From: a bacterium
GTDB lineage: Bacteria; Electryoneota; Electryoneia; Electryoneales; Electryoneaceae
Assembly: GCA_019912845.1 (NCBI GenBank)
Contig: JAIOHU010000165.1
Location: forward strand, 14,039-78,038
DNA length: 64,000 nucleotides
Direction: 5' to 3'
Positions 43,686-53,405 of the stretch are shown here, one piece after another; positions within the stretch are counted from its first letter, which is position 1, and each line of letters opens with the position of its first letter. The notes beneath the pieces are model-generated. The model worked only from the letters and a program-made list of their open reading frames with translations, searched no databases and had not been told where the DNA came from. Made by a program: the position numbers and the translations under genes.

Positions 43686-44198
43686 TTAAAAAGGAGAAAA
43701 TCCTCCTGCTGACCAGTAGTCATTTTTCAATGATTCCTGTTGAGTCAGCAGTGCCTGGTAATGTCCCTGTTCCCATTCGACAAGTTCATTATAAAACTGG
43801 GTTACACTCTCGTTATCAGCAGCATCCGCTTCCTGCTTGTAGAATTTGATAGCGTTCAATTCCAGTTGAATACCAATCGAGAGTGCACTCATTTCCATGT
43901 GAGCATCCTTGATACGTGCACGTAAATTATCAGAAAAAATAGGGCTGGGACCCATTAATGTGCCACGTTTGGGAAGTTTGATCTTCTCATCGGGGATGCC
44001 GGTTCGCAGGATCGCGTTGTACTGGTTCTTCAGGAAGCGGACATGATCCAGTTCCTCACGTGCCAGCATCTGAAATACCTCTCGCCCCTTTTCGTCATTC
44101 GTGTTCATGGCAGCCATACTATAAAAATTATAGCCATCCCCTTCAGCTTCAATCGCTTTTTTCAGTCCGTCGAGGATACGATTTTCATTGGTTCCCAT
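43686..44198 (-). CDS. Rubrerythrin-like ferritin-fold diiron protein lacking the rubredoxin domain (paralog 2)
   Basis: 170 aa. Contains AIEAEGDGYNFY, REELDH, IQLELNAIKFY and EWEQGH. Confidence 0.75.
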   Translation of the reverse strand: MGTNENRILDGLKKAIEAEGDGYNFYSMAAMNTNDEKGREVFQMLAREELDHVRFLKNQYNAILRTGIPDEKIKLPKRGTLMGPSPIFSDNLRARIKDAHMEMSALSIGIQLELNAIKFYKQEADAADNESVTQFYNELVEWEQGHYQALLTQQESLKNDYWSAGGFSPF

Positions 44199-44354
44199 TT
44201 TCTAATCTCCAGCTTGCTGGTTTAGTCTCTTTTACACTCGGTGTATTCGCTCCCTTTATTTCAGGGGATACAACTACCTCAACGTATTGGTTCCACATTG
44301 GGGCTGTCAATATTCCTTCAAATCTATGAATATGCGAAACAGCTCATTGAACAA

Positions 44355-44882
44355 TTACGCTTCCATGTCGAATTCTGAGATTCCGAAATAGAATCCATTC
44401 CCACTGACAGCGTCAATTTCTGCCTGTACAATCGCCACATGGGCTTCTTCGATTTCGAGGAACTGAGCAAACATCTCCTGTCCTTCATCGGTCATGGTAT
44501 CAACCACTGATTTATAAAAACCACTGGTCTCTTTTTCAACCTTCAATGCCTTTTCCAGCATTTCCAGCTCGTAACCACGATCCTCGACCGCCATCTGACG
44601 TTCAAGGGTGCCTACTTTGTCTTCGATTTTCTCACGTGGCGGTAGAATAGATTCCAGTTTTGTCGGGACGATATGACCTGTTTTCTGCCATTCCTGAAGA
44701 CGGCTGTTCAAATAGTCCAAATGCCCCTGTTCTTCTCTTGCCAGGACACGGAATACTCGTTTGCCAGTTTCATCCCGGGCGTTTTCGTATGCATCATTGT
44801 AAACGTCACGGACCTTAGTCTCAAATTCTAGTGCAGTCTTGATTGCTTTTTCGAGAGATAAGGGTTTGCTTGCTTCACTCAT
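44355..44882 (-). CDS. Rubrerythrin-like ferritin-fold diiron protein lacking the rubredoxin domain (paralog 3)
   Basis: 175 aa. Contains ALEFETKVRDVY, AREEQGH, LKVEKETSGFY and EIEEAH. Confidence 0.75.
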   Translation of the reverse strand: MSEASKPLSLEKAIKTALEFETKVRDVYNDAYENARDETGKRVFRVLAREEQGHLDYLNSRLQEWQKTGHIVPTKLESILPPREKIEDKVGTLERQMAVEDRGYELEMLEKALKVEKETSGFYKSVVDTMTDEGQEMFAQFLEIEEAHVAIVQAEIDAVSGNGFYFGISEFDMEA

Positions 44883-45131
44883 AACCTACTCCTTCTTTAG
44901 CGAAACAGGGAATAGCTAAGTATTAACAAGAAGTTATGCCCTGATCCAAGTGTAGAGGGTAATCTTTGTGAAAAAATTCTATTGGAGATAAAATACAAAA
45001 TCTGCCGTGAAAATGCGATAGAATATTTCGTTTAGTGAGCAATCCTTTTATCGATTTTTCACCTCAGCGATCTTCATTTTCCGATGATAATTTTTCCTGC
45101 TTTACTTTGCACTTACCTTCTCTCTTACAGC

Positions 45132-46373
45132 CTAGTTTCTAAAATCATCTGATATGCTCTCGATACCATCGACAGTAAAATTTTCATCGTTAAGAAAACT
45201 TGAAAAGGTAGCGATAAATGCGATTATGACACTGGTCAGAAGACGTTTGTCGTTATAAAGTTCTGTGAGACGACTGGTACGTTCCTCACTGCTGGATACC
45301 GCAAAATGTTCAATCATGGTGCCATCAATAAACTCACCTTCCTCTTTCGCTTCAACTTTGCTGATTCCTCCACCAATACAGTATTCGCGAATTTGGTTCA
45401 TCAGATCACGTAACTCCTCGAATCTCTCAGATTCCATGGCAAACAGTTCAATGGCAATCCATTGTGCCTCCCTGATGCTCGCAACTGCCAACGACTGAAA
45501 AAATGCCGTTGTAGCACTGTCGAGATTTTCTAACCCAGCCTTGCGAATCATCGTCATGAAAGTAACATTCTTGAATAGCTGCGAAAGTAATCGTCCACCC
45601 TCTTCTGGTCCCGGTAGAAAATGATACTCATTGATTTCCACACGTTTAAAGCTGGGCACAAAAAGAATATCAAAAATCGTACGGTAAAAATTGTACTTGG
45701 TAACACCTGGACGATGGATATGCGTATCCATTGTGTTGTCGAGACGGTCTATCAATTTCACATGTAGCAATTCCGGCTTTTTATGTTTTACATGATCGAG
45801 AAGACGTGAGAGATATTTGATGTAACTAAGGTTTTTATGGATTCTTTTGTCAGGTTCTTTGTCATCATGACGTGTGAGTAAATCAATTCTTTCATTGAGG
45901 TACCAGGCACCTTTTTCGCCCAGAAAATCAAGCAACTCATCAAATTTTGCATCAAACCTCACTCTTTCTGAATCGGTCAATTTTGCGTGATCGATATCTT
46001 CAATTTTATCATGAAGCAAAGCACCGAGAATGTCCAGAATATGGGGGTCTGCCATCGTACGGTTCAGTAATGCTGTAGTTCGAAGTGGGTGGATAACTGC
46101 CAGCGGACCAAGTTTCCGTGTCTTTGAGCCATAGCCAATAAATAACGCTTCAATGGCAATAAGCAAAGCCTTACGTTGATGATCATCAGCTTTGACCCTG
46201 CCCAGGATCAAGGCGAGTAGGCCACGGGGATTACGTTTTCTAGCAGTAAGGTGATAGTTGATTTCCATGGAAAGATTCAGGAAATGATCAATGGTGATCA
46301 CCTCTTTTTCATAAGGTGCCCAGGAAGGCTGATACATACTCATCTTGACCTCGCACAGTTGGATTTGGGGCAA
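45132..46373 (-). CDS. HD-domain protein of the RelA/SpoT hydrolase type with an uncharacterised ~200-aa C-terminal extension
   Basis: HPLRTTALL...ILGALLHDKIEDID and VKLIDRLDNTMDT match the SpoT-type (p)ppGpp hydrolase signature (HP.R.A, LLHD..ED, KLADRLHNMRT). No synthetase domain is present. Alternative ATG at 46343. Confidence 0.7.
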   Translation of the reverse strand: MPQIQLCEVKMSMYQPSWAPYEKEVITIDHFLNLSMEINYHLTARKRNPRGLLALILGRVKADDHQRKALLIAIEALFIGYGSKTRKLGPLAVIHPLRTTALLNRTMADPHILDILGALLHDKIEDIDHAKLTDSERVRFDAKFDELLDFLGEKGAWYLNERIDLLTRHDDKEPDKRIHKNLSYIKYLSRLLDHVKHKKPELLHVKLIDRLDNTMDTHIHRPGVTKYNFYRTIFDILFVPSFKRVEINEYHFLPGPEEGGRLLSQLFKNVTFMTMIRKAGLENLDSATTAFFQSLAVASIREAQWIAIELFAMESERFEELRDLMNQIREYCIGGGISKVEAKEEGEFIDGTMIEHFAVSSSEERTSRLTELYNDKRLLTSVIIAFIATFSSFLNDENFTVDGIESISDDFRN

Positions 46374-46513
46374 GATAGAATGTTAAAGTCAAGAAGTAGA
46401 GATCGCAATTGTTTCAAGCGGAAGTGTGGAAAAACTCCAGGGTCATTTGTAGCGATTCTCGAAAATATTGTCAGATAGCATCATACCATCATGATGTCTT
46501 CGCACTTCCTGAT

Positions 46514-49500
46514 TCAATTTACTTTAATAACCGACTCCCCACTCCGTCCAAAGATAGTTGGATTATACATGCACTCCGCCATCACTGGAGGCAGTACAAA
46601 TTCTCCCTTTGTAATCGCTCGCGCCATATAATAATACGTCGTCTTTTCGTTGTCTCTCAGGTTAAGGAAGAATAGGAGTCGATCATCTCGTATATCCATG
46701 TTGTCGGGTGAACTGTTTTCACGTTCCATCCATCCCAGTCTCTGACGTGACTGCAATCTCGGGTTCTCGATTTCCAGACCACCGGGGAGCATATCATCAA
46801 CAACGATATTTTCAATAGATTCTCCCGAGATATTCTCAACTGTTATTGCACCTACAATCAGTTCACCCTGCTTGATATCAGTAATATTCAGTTTTCCACC
46901 ATCCTGATCGAAATAGCTTCGGGTTACCTTAATTCCTGCATACTCCTCCACAAACTCATGTTTTTCAGGAATTCCCCTGGTTTCTACATAATAGTAACAA
47001 GTGCCTTGACCATTAAGCTGTATTGAAAGTTTTTCACCAACCAGTGAACTATCAACTATCGTAAGACCTTCATGGGTAAATTCTGCAAGTACATCTCCCT
47101 TAAGAGAAACAGTTCCTGTGAATGCTGGCTTAACCTGCGAGGCGAAGGTTCTTCCCAATGCCAGTAGTGCCCATGCATTCTCCTGTGTTGTCCACCAGCG
47201 TCCATTTTCAAGTTTATCATTTAGAAATGAGACAAGTTCAGGTATCATAGGGTGGTTTGGATACTGACGAGCAAGAATATACAACAGGATGGCATTTCCA
47301 CGTGCCTGCGAATAAAATGTATTGCCAGATTCTCGTCCATCTTGAAATACCCGGGGAAAAGTTTGTACAGGCAGCAACTCCTTTGCTCGATCATCACCAC
47401 TCAAGCTCAGAGCACCAGCGAGCAATGCTCTTTCATCAGAAGCTAACTCATCCAGTTTGTTCTCATAGAGGTAATTCATCCCTGCATTGTAGGGCGAACC
47501 CATTATAGCGAGGACATAGGCTGCATAACATTGATGCTGAAGAGTAATAGATTCATTGTTCTCGCTATATTGACCACGGTTTCTGTTACGAGAACGTGAT
47601 CTACTCTGATTTTCGTCAACCTGCACTCGTACCTTAAGGATCTTCCTCAGAAAACGTTCACCACGGTTCAACTTTCCTTCCGGGACGTCGAAGCCAATAT
47701 CTCTCGCTTCAGCCAGAAAATGCAAAGCGTAAATGGACGCCCAGGAATTGGTCGTACTATTTCCATGCCAGAAAGAAAAACTTCCATCATTTTGTTGCAT
47801 TGCAAGGATTTTATTGATCGCTTCACTGATGTAATATTCTGATGCTGATTCCTCACTCATAACTGCGAAGACAGCTTCAGCCAGTTCATCAAAATAGAGT
47901 AATGGAAATGCCTTCGAGACTGTCTGCTCAAGGCATCCATAAGGATAGCTCAGTAAGTATTCGAGTCCTGCGGAGTATTTTGCAGTTGGGAGTGATGTCA
48001 GATACATTTTCCCTGATGCCGCACCATCAAGCCAACCTCCTGGTAAGGATACAGTTGCCTTTTTTCCTGCTTCAATCGTACCTGAAAGGGTTTTTGATTT
48101 TGGTTGAAATGGAGGACGGACAGGTAGATTTTCCTGGTGAACAATATCGCTTTTGTCGGTTTTAGCAGTAAATGTCAACTTTGCAACTGAATTTGCATCC
48201 TCAGCGGAAAAATCAAAGAAAGCGATTCCTTCCTTTCCGGCTTCCAACATGACAAGTTGAGAAGTATTTTCAGTTACAAGAACTGCTCCTTCTGTTGACA
48301 CCGAAAGTTCAACAGCTAATGGTTGCTCTGTGCTGTTGTAAACTCCAACGGGAATAGTGAAATTATCCCCACCTGCAACAAATCGCGGGATAGTTGGTGT
48401 CAGAATCAACTCATCCTCCACCTGAACAGAGGCAGACGCACGATTAAAATGATCTCCACTTACTGCCACCGCCATCACTCGCAGTCTGCCATTAAACTGG
48501 GGCACATCAAAACTGACTGCTGCCCTTCCCCCACGAACTGGTACCGATCCACTCCAGAGAGCGACTGGTTTGAGACGCGAGATGGTCAATCCCGAAACAT
48601 GGCTTAGCGCACGTGCTCCCTGTCCGCCCCCAGGCGAAGAATGTATCTCAGCTTGATCAACTTCTGGAAGCAATTTGGAAAACATATCGTAGGTGCTCAT
48701 GGACAGACGACGTTTGCCATAGAACAGATCAAATGGATTTGGGGTTTTATAGTCGGTAAGCTGCAAAATTCCTTCATCAACTGCTGCGACAGTTACAACC
48801 GCATTACCAGCTGTGTTTTTCACCTTGACCTCGATCTCCAGTTTACCTGCTGGTTTGATCTTTTCAGGTGCATCGAGTGAAATTTCAACCTTCTTGTGTT
48901 CCATTTCCAGAAATATTGGTTTTGCCCCGAATGCACGATTGGGTGAATGGCGGTCGTTATTTTCAGGTGATCGGATCAGTGTGGCGGTTACATAGGCATT
49001 TGGCGAGAAGGATTCCAATATGGGAATTTGTACCGTTGCGGAGTTTTGATCCATTGTGAATTGACGTTGCAGGTACAATTCATCTCGTTCAACAGTAAGT
49101 AACACTTTTCCCGGAAAGGGTGTTTTCAGCAGAACTGACGCAGATTGACCGGGACGATATTTTTCTTTGTCCAGTTCAATCTCAAGCTGTTCCGGGTTTT
49201 CAATCGCCCAGGGAGCATATCCCCAACCACTGGCATAAAAGTCCAGCGTGGATGCAGATTCAGAAATCGGATCTTTCACTCGAACTGAGTAACTTCCATA
49301 ACTTGGTGGTATTACAACAATAATGCCTCTATACTCGCTCGTTTTCTGCCTGAAAGTTTGAATTTCTTCCACTGTTCTTCTTGAAACGTAGCGGTATTTT
49401 TCATTTTCATCCTTTTCCAGAACTGTATTCCATCTATACTTTAGAAGGGTAACTTCCACCACGGACAATTGAGCAGCATTCTCTTCCGAATCGAGAAAAA

Positions 49501-51952
49501 CATAGTTGAGTGAGAATTCTTCACCAGGTTTGGCATACCCCTCACTAACCTTTTTCAATCCGATATATACCGGGTAGGCATCAATGTCTTTTGCTATCTG
49601 ATTAGAAACTGAACGTCCCCCCCTTTCCTGAACCGTAACCTCAATAATCGCCTTCAGTGCTGCAGGTGGGACTAATTTGTCTGGTAGTGAATATGCAAAT
49701 TTTGCCTCTCCCAAATCATCGAGTGTCACCCTTCCCAATCCGTTGGCTTCACTGCTGAACGTCCGTTCCTTATCGCCAAAAGTGTAAGCTCCCCAATCCT
49801 TCGGCGTGAAAGCCTGTGCTACAAGAGTGATTGCAGCGTTACATTCACGCCCACTGGCAGGTGGACCAAAAAGCATTTCAGCTTGTACGTCAATTTGGAT
49901 CGTTTTCGAAAGTTCATAACGATCTTTGTCAGTCGAAAGGTTTACCTTCATTCTATCCGGAATAAATTCTTCCACCTGGAATTTGTAACTTCCAACGATA
50001 ACATCACCGGCTGTTAACAGTTCTGCACGGTATACGCCAGTTTGCGTATATCCCGGTATATACCATTCATATTCAACAACACCTTGCTCAACGGTTCGAG
50101 CTTTCTGACGCTCAATTACATCTGCCCTGGGAGAAATTATTCTCAATAAGACCGGAAAGTTTGAGGGAGGTAGAGTGTTGTTATTCCGAAGCACACCAAC
50201 AATATGTGCCTTTTCACCGGGACGATAGATATCTCTATCGCCATAGATATAAGCAGTAAAACCATCCTCGCTGAAGTCAGAACCCTCAACATCAAAATCG
50301 GATGTTTCGATTTTGCTTTCATCATAGAGAAGGTAGGAAAAATCATCAGCCTGCTCTGCAGTTAAAAGGTAGGGCTCAAAATCATCCTCTGATTTATTAA
50401 AGTCACGGATTACCGTGTAACCTTCAGAATTGGTTACTCCACTCCCGATCGATTGATTTGTCCTGCTCAACAAAGTGATTTTAACATTTGGAAGAGGCTT
50501 TAGTGAACTTGTAGACATTGCCCAGACGTGTACATTCTTCCCTGACTGTTTTGCAATCAGACCAATGTCCGTCACCATCAAAGTGCGATAATCGGAACGA
50601 TAATGGCGTTCGCCGTCACGTATACTCAGCTTGAAAAGTCCAGTGGGGTGTTCTTCTATAAACTTGTCGAAGTTAAATGTAACGGTTGAATATTTGTTGA
50701 AATCACCATCAATGTTTATTCTTTCCTCGAAGATACGTTTCCCAAAATGCAGGGATTCGGTTGTGTACCACTGTCTTCTTCCGAAACTGTCATCATTTTG
50801 CAAAAAATGGACGATGTTGTTTTTGTAAATCTTTTCGACTTGCACCAGCATTGAATCAATGTTTATCGCACTGATGGCAACATTTTTCAGACCAGATCGA
50901 GCCAGGTATTTTCCGGGCGAATCAAATTCGAGATCAGGCTGATAGTCAGGAACATGAATCGTTTGGGTAAATGTGGACACCAGTTTGCCGCCATCAACTG
51001 ACGACAATCCCTTTTGCAAGGTTATATTTAACCTCTGCTTTGGTTGAAAATCGCCAGTAATAAGCAGAGTACCGTAGTATTGCGATACAATATCAATCTC
51101 GTGTTCTGGTTCAATGGTCAGATAGTTACGAAGGGTTTCAATATCCAGGGGATTTGAAACATTGATGGAAATCTGAAATTCCCTGCCACGTTGATGCGCC
51201 CAGATGTGATTGATCTTCAGCTCTTTTACTCCGCTGAACTTTATGCTTCGATTGACAGACTCTTCCAAAGCCAAATTGCCAAACATTGGTGGAAGACCTT
51301 GATCAATTTCGAGTGCCAGAACTGCATCAATATCTTCGCTCCGTTGTACTCCCCGGCTTGATAAAACGATATAATTCTCTTCGTTTCCTTCATGAACTTC
51401 AAATTCCAGCTTCTCTTTATTCTTGTCATGATGGTGATACAGAGTTGTGTATTTCGCAATTTCTTCGGGAGAAACCATAGTATTAAATTGCAGAACAATT
51501 TCAATATCTGTTTCTCCGGGTTGCCCTGAAATTGGTGTAAACTTATGACTGGTTGACCAGAGGAAAAGTCCCCTGGTGTGGAAACTTACTTCGTTTTTGC
51601 CTTTGTAAGGCTGGTTGGTGACTGATGAAAACCCAGCAGGTATATGTGCAATGTATTTTGTTGCAGCCTGGAAGGGTGTGGAAGGCAGGAACTGAAGTGT
51701 TTTTAGATCAAGCCAGCGGAATCTTCCCTCTATGTGCGGTTCAAATGTTATGCCAACCGTATCCAACAAGATCATCGTCTCCGTGGGCGAGACAACATCA
51801 TGCGAGAATTTAAATCTCAGATTGGATTGTTCTGGAATCGGGTTTTCTGGTTCGAGGGAATCGAGTACCAACCCATCTTTCTCACAGCTTGTGAAAAAAA
51901 TCAGTAAGATCAGTGCAAATATGTACCTTACGATTGATTGCATCTCTTTCAT
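46514..51952 (-). CDS. Bacterial alpha-2-macroglobulin family lipoprotein with an intact thioester motif
   Basis: ~1812 aa from the ATG at 51952, which has AAGGGGG upstream. Lipobox is LLIFFTSC. Thioester motif is YPYGCLEQTV. The size and MG-domain-like repeats are typical of the family. Confidence 0.88.
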   Translation of the reverse strand: MKEMQSIVRYIFALILLIFFTSCEKDGLVLDSLEPENPIPEQSNLRFKFSHDVVSPTETMILLDTVGITFEPHIEGRFRWLDLKTLQFLPSTPFQAATKYIAHIPAGFSSVTNQPYKGKNEVSFHTRGLFLWSTSHKFTPISGQPGETDIEIVLQFNTMVSPEEIAKYTTLYHHHDKNKEKLEFEVHEGNEENYIVLSSRGVQRSEDIDAVLALEIDQGLPPMFGNLALEESVNRSIKFSGVKELKINHIWAHQRGREFQISINVSNPLDIETLRNYLTIEPEHEIDIVSQYYGTLLITGDFQPKQRLNITLQKGLSSVDGGKLVSTFTQTIHVPDYQPDLEFDSPGKYLARSGLKNVAISAINIDSMLVQVEKIYKNNIVHFLQNDDSFGRRQWYTTESLHFGKRIFEERINIDGDFNKYSTVTFNFDKFIEEHPTGLFKLSIRDGERHYRSDYRTLMVTDIGLIAKQSGKNVHVWAMSTSSLKPLPNVKITLLSRTNQSIGSGVTNSEGYTVIRDFNKSEDDFEPYLLTAEQADDFSYLLYDESKIETSDFDVEGSDFSEDGFTAYIYGDRDIYRPGEKAHIVGVLRNNNTLPPSNFPVLLRIISPRADVIERQKARTVEQGVVEYEWYIPGYTQTGVYRAELLTAGDVIVGSYKFQVEEFIPDRMKVNLSTDKDRYELSKTIQIDVQAEMLFGPPASGRECNAAITLVAQAFTPKDWGAYTFGDKERTFSSEANGLGRVTLDDLGEAKFAYSLPDKLVPPAALKAIIEVTVQERGGRSVSNQIAKDIDAYPVYIGLKKVSEGYAKPGEEFSLNYVFLDSEENAAQLSVVEVTLLKYRWNTVLEKDENEKYRYVSRRTVEEIQTFRQKTSEYRGIIVVIPPSYGSYSVRVKDPISESASTLDFYASGWGYAPWAIENPEQLEIELDKEKYRPGQSASVLLKTPFPGKVLLTVERDELYLQRQFTMDQNSATVQIPILESFSPNAYVTATLIRSPENNDRHSPNRAFGAKPIFLEMEHKKVEISLDAPEKIKPAGKLEIEVKVKNTAGNAVVTVAAVDEGILQLTDYKTPNPFDLFYGKRRLSMSTYDMFSKLLPEVDQAEIHSSPGGGQGARALSHVSGLTISRLKPVALWSGSVPVRGGRAAVSFDVPQFNGRLRVMAVAVSGDHFNRASASVQVEDELILTPTIPRFVAGGDNFTIPVGVYNSTEQPLAVELSVSTEGAVLVTENTSQLVMLEAGKEGIAFFDFSAEDANSVAKLTFTAKTDKSDIVHQENLPVRPPFQPKSKTLSGTIEAGKKATVSLPGGWLDGAASGKMYLTSLPTAKYSAGLEYLLSYPYGCLEQTVSKAFPLLYFDELAEAVFAVMSEESASEYYISEAINKILAMQQNDGSFSFWHGNSTTNSWASIYALHFLAEARDIGFDVPEGKLNRGERFLRKILKVRVQVDENQSRSRSRNRNRGQYSENNESITLQHQCYAAYVLAIMGSPYNAGMNYLYENKLDELASDERALLAGALSLSGDDRAKELLPVQTFPRVFQDGRESGNTFYSQARGNAILLYILARQYPNHPMIPELVSFLNDKLENGRWWTTQENAWALLALGRTFASQVKPAFTGTVSLKGDVLAEFTHEGLTIVDSSLVGEKLSIQLNGQGTCYYYVETRGIPEKHEFVEEYAGIKVTRSYFDQDGGKLNITDIKQGELIVGAITVENISGESIENIVVDDMLPGGLEIENPRLQSRQRLGWMERENSSPDNMDIRDDRLLFFLNLRDNEKTTYYYMARAITKGEFVLPPVMAECMYNPTIFGRSGESVIKVN

Positions 51953-52013
51953 CCCATTCCCCCTTGATTTCCACAAGCTTGTGCTGAAACTGGGGTCCCA
52001 CCGGGAGGGTTGC

Positions 52014-52403
52014 TCAGGTCAACCTCCCCAGTAATACCCCAATAAATAATGCAATGAACCCTGCTGCAAGATGCATACTGACATTTCCTATTGCAAGTAT
52101 CCATTGTGAAGAACGAAATAATTGACTTGACTCCAGGATCAATGTTGAAAATGTGGTAAACGCACCCAGGAATCCAACGAGCGCTGCAGCACGAAGATCA
52201 GTCAGTAATATGAATCTTCCAGCAAACAGTGTGTAAAGATAGCCCGCCAACATACAGCCGATGGTATTGGCTACGAATGTTCCCCAGGGAAAGGAAATTG
52301 TGTTAAATTTATCTACCAGCCCAACAACACCATACCTGGCGAGTGTCCCCACACTCCCGGCGACTGCCACCATCAGAATTTTCTGTATCATTATATTTCT
52401 CAA
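52014..52403 (-). CDS. crcB: Fluoride channel CrcB/FluC
   Basis: 129 aa with 4 TM helices. Contains GSVGTLARY and GFLGAFTTFSTL. Confidence 0.88.
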   Translation of the reverse strand: MRNIMIQKILMVAVAGSVGTLARYGVVGLVDKFNTISFPWGTFVANTIGCMLAGYLYTLFAGRFILLTDLRAAALVGFLGAFTTFSTLILESSQLFRSSQWILAIGNVSMHLAAGFIALFIGVLLGRLT

Positions 52404-52428
52404 CTAAATTTAACCAATTTCAACCATT

Positions 52429-52457
52429 AAAAAAGCTGCGAAGTCCGCAGCTTTTTT
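52429..52457 (-). terminator. Intrinsic (bidirectional-looking) terminator after sucD
   Basis: AAAAAAGCTGCG-(loop)-CGCAGCTTTTTT lies between the sucD stop (52484) and the crcB start (52403). Confidence 0.75.
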
Positions 52458-52483
52458 AATGAATATCTCAACTGAAATCAAGT

Positions 52484-53356
52484 TCACCCCTTCATGGCGG
52501 CTTTCATTGTCTCGCCGATCACTGCTGGAGACTCAGCGACACGGATTCCTGCTGCTTCCAAAGCCTTAATTTTTTCTTCCGCAGTACCTTTACCCCCAGA
52601 GATAATTGCACCAGCGTGACCCATTCGTCTTCCCGGAGGAGCAGTACGTCCTGCTATGAATGAAACCACAGGTTTTTTCATATTTGCTTTAATGTAATCA
52701 GCAGCCAATTCTTCGGCATTTCCACCAATTTCACCGATCATGACAACACCCTCAGTGCCATCATCCTCATTGAATAACTTAAGCAAATCTGTAAAAGTAG
52801 AGCCGATCACCGGATCGCCACCGATACCAATACAGGTTGATTGTCCCATACCTAACTCTGTCAGTTGACCGACAGCTTCGTAGGTCAGGGTTCCGCTACG
52901 GCTGATTACTCCAATCTTTCCTGGAGTATGAATAAACCCGGGCATGATCCCTATTTTTGCTTCACCAGGAGTGATTACCCCAGGGCAGTTAGGGCCTATC
53001 AGACGAACATTCTTGTCCTTGATACTGTGCCAGACATCAAGCATTTGAGCGGCTGGAATCCCCTCTGTTATACATACAACCAGTTCCACACCTGCGGATG
53101 CCGCTTCAAGAATCCCATCCGCTGCGAATGGCGGTGGGACAAAAATGACACTTGTATTCGCACCGGTTTCTTCAACTGCCTCCTCGACAGTGTTAAATAC
53201 CGGGCGATCCAGGTGCATCGTTCCACCCTTACCGGGAGTAACTCCTGCCACAACATTCGTTCCATACTCAATCATCTGTTCAGCGTGAAAGGATCCCTCT
53301 TTTCCCGTGAATCCCTGCACCACCAAACGTGTCTCTTTTCCTACCAGGATGCTCAT
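52484..53356 (-). CDS. sucD: Succinyl-CoA synthetase alpha subunit
   Basis: 290 aa. Contains [35 protein letters not shown] and [15 protein letters not shown]. Confidence 0.95.
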   Translation of the reverse strand: MSILVGKETRLVVQGFTGKEGSFHAEQMIEYGTNVVAGVTPGKGGTMHLDRPVFNTVEEAVEETGANTSVIFVPPPFAADGILEAASAGVELVVCITEGIPAAQMLDVWHSIKDKNVRLIGPNCPGVITPGEAKIGIMPGFIHTPGKIGVISRSGTLTYEAVGQLTELGMGQSTCIGIGGDPVIGSTFTDLLKLFNEDDGTEGVVMIGEIGGNAEELAADYIKANMKKPVVSFIAGRTAPPGRRMGHAGAIISGGKGTAEEKIKALEAAGIRVAESPAVIGETMKAAMKG

Positions 53357-53405
53357 GATTTCCTCGATATCTTCAGATTAATTGTTATCCTTTAGTGAAA
53401 ACGAT

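Noticed and set aside
52404-52483. A fluoride riboswitch might be expected upstream of crcB.
   Set aside because: The 80-nt leader contains only the sucD terminator hairpin and AT-rich sequence. I could not see the conserved crcB-motif pseudoknot elements. crcB may be read through from upstream or have its own unregulated promoter. An Infernal scan would settle this.
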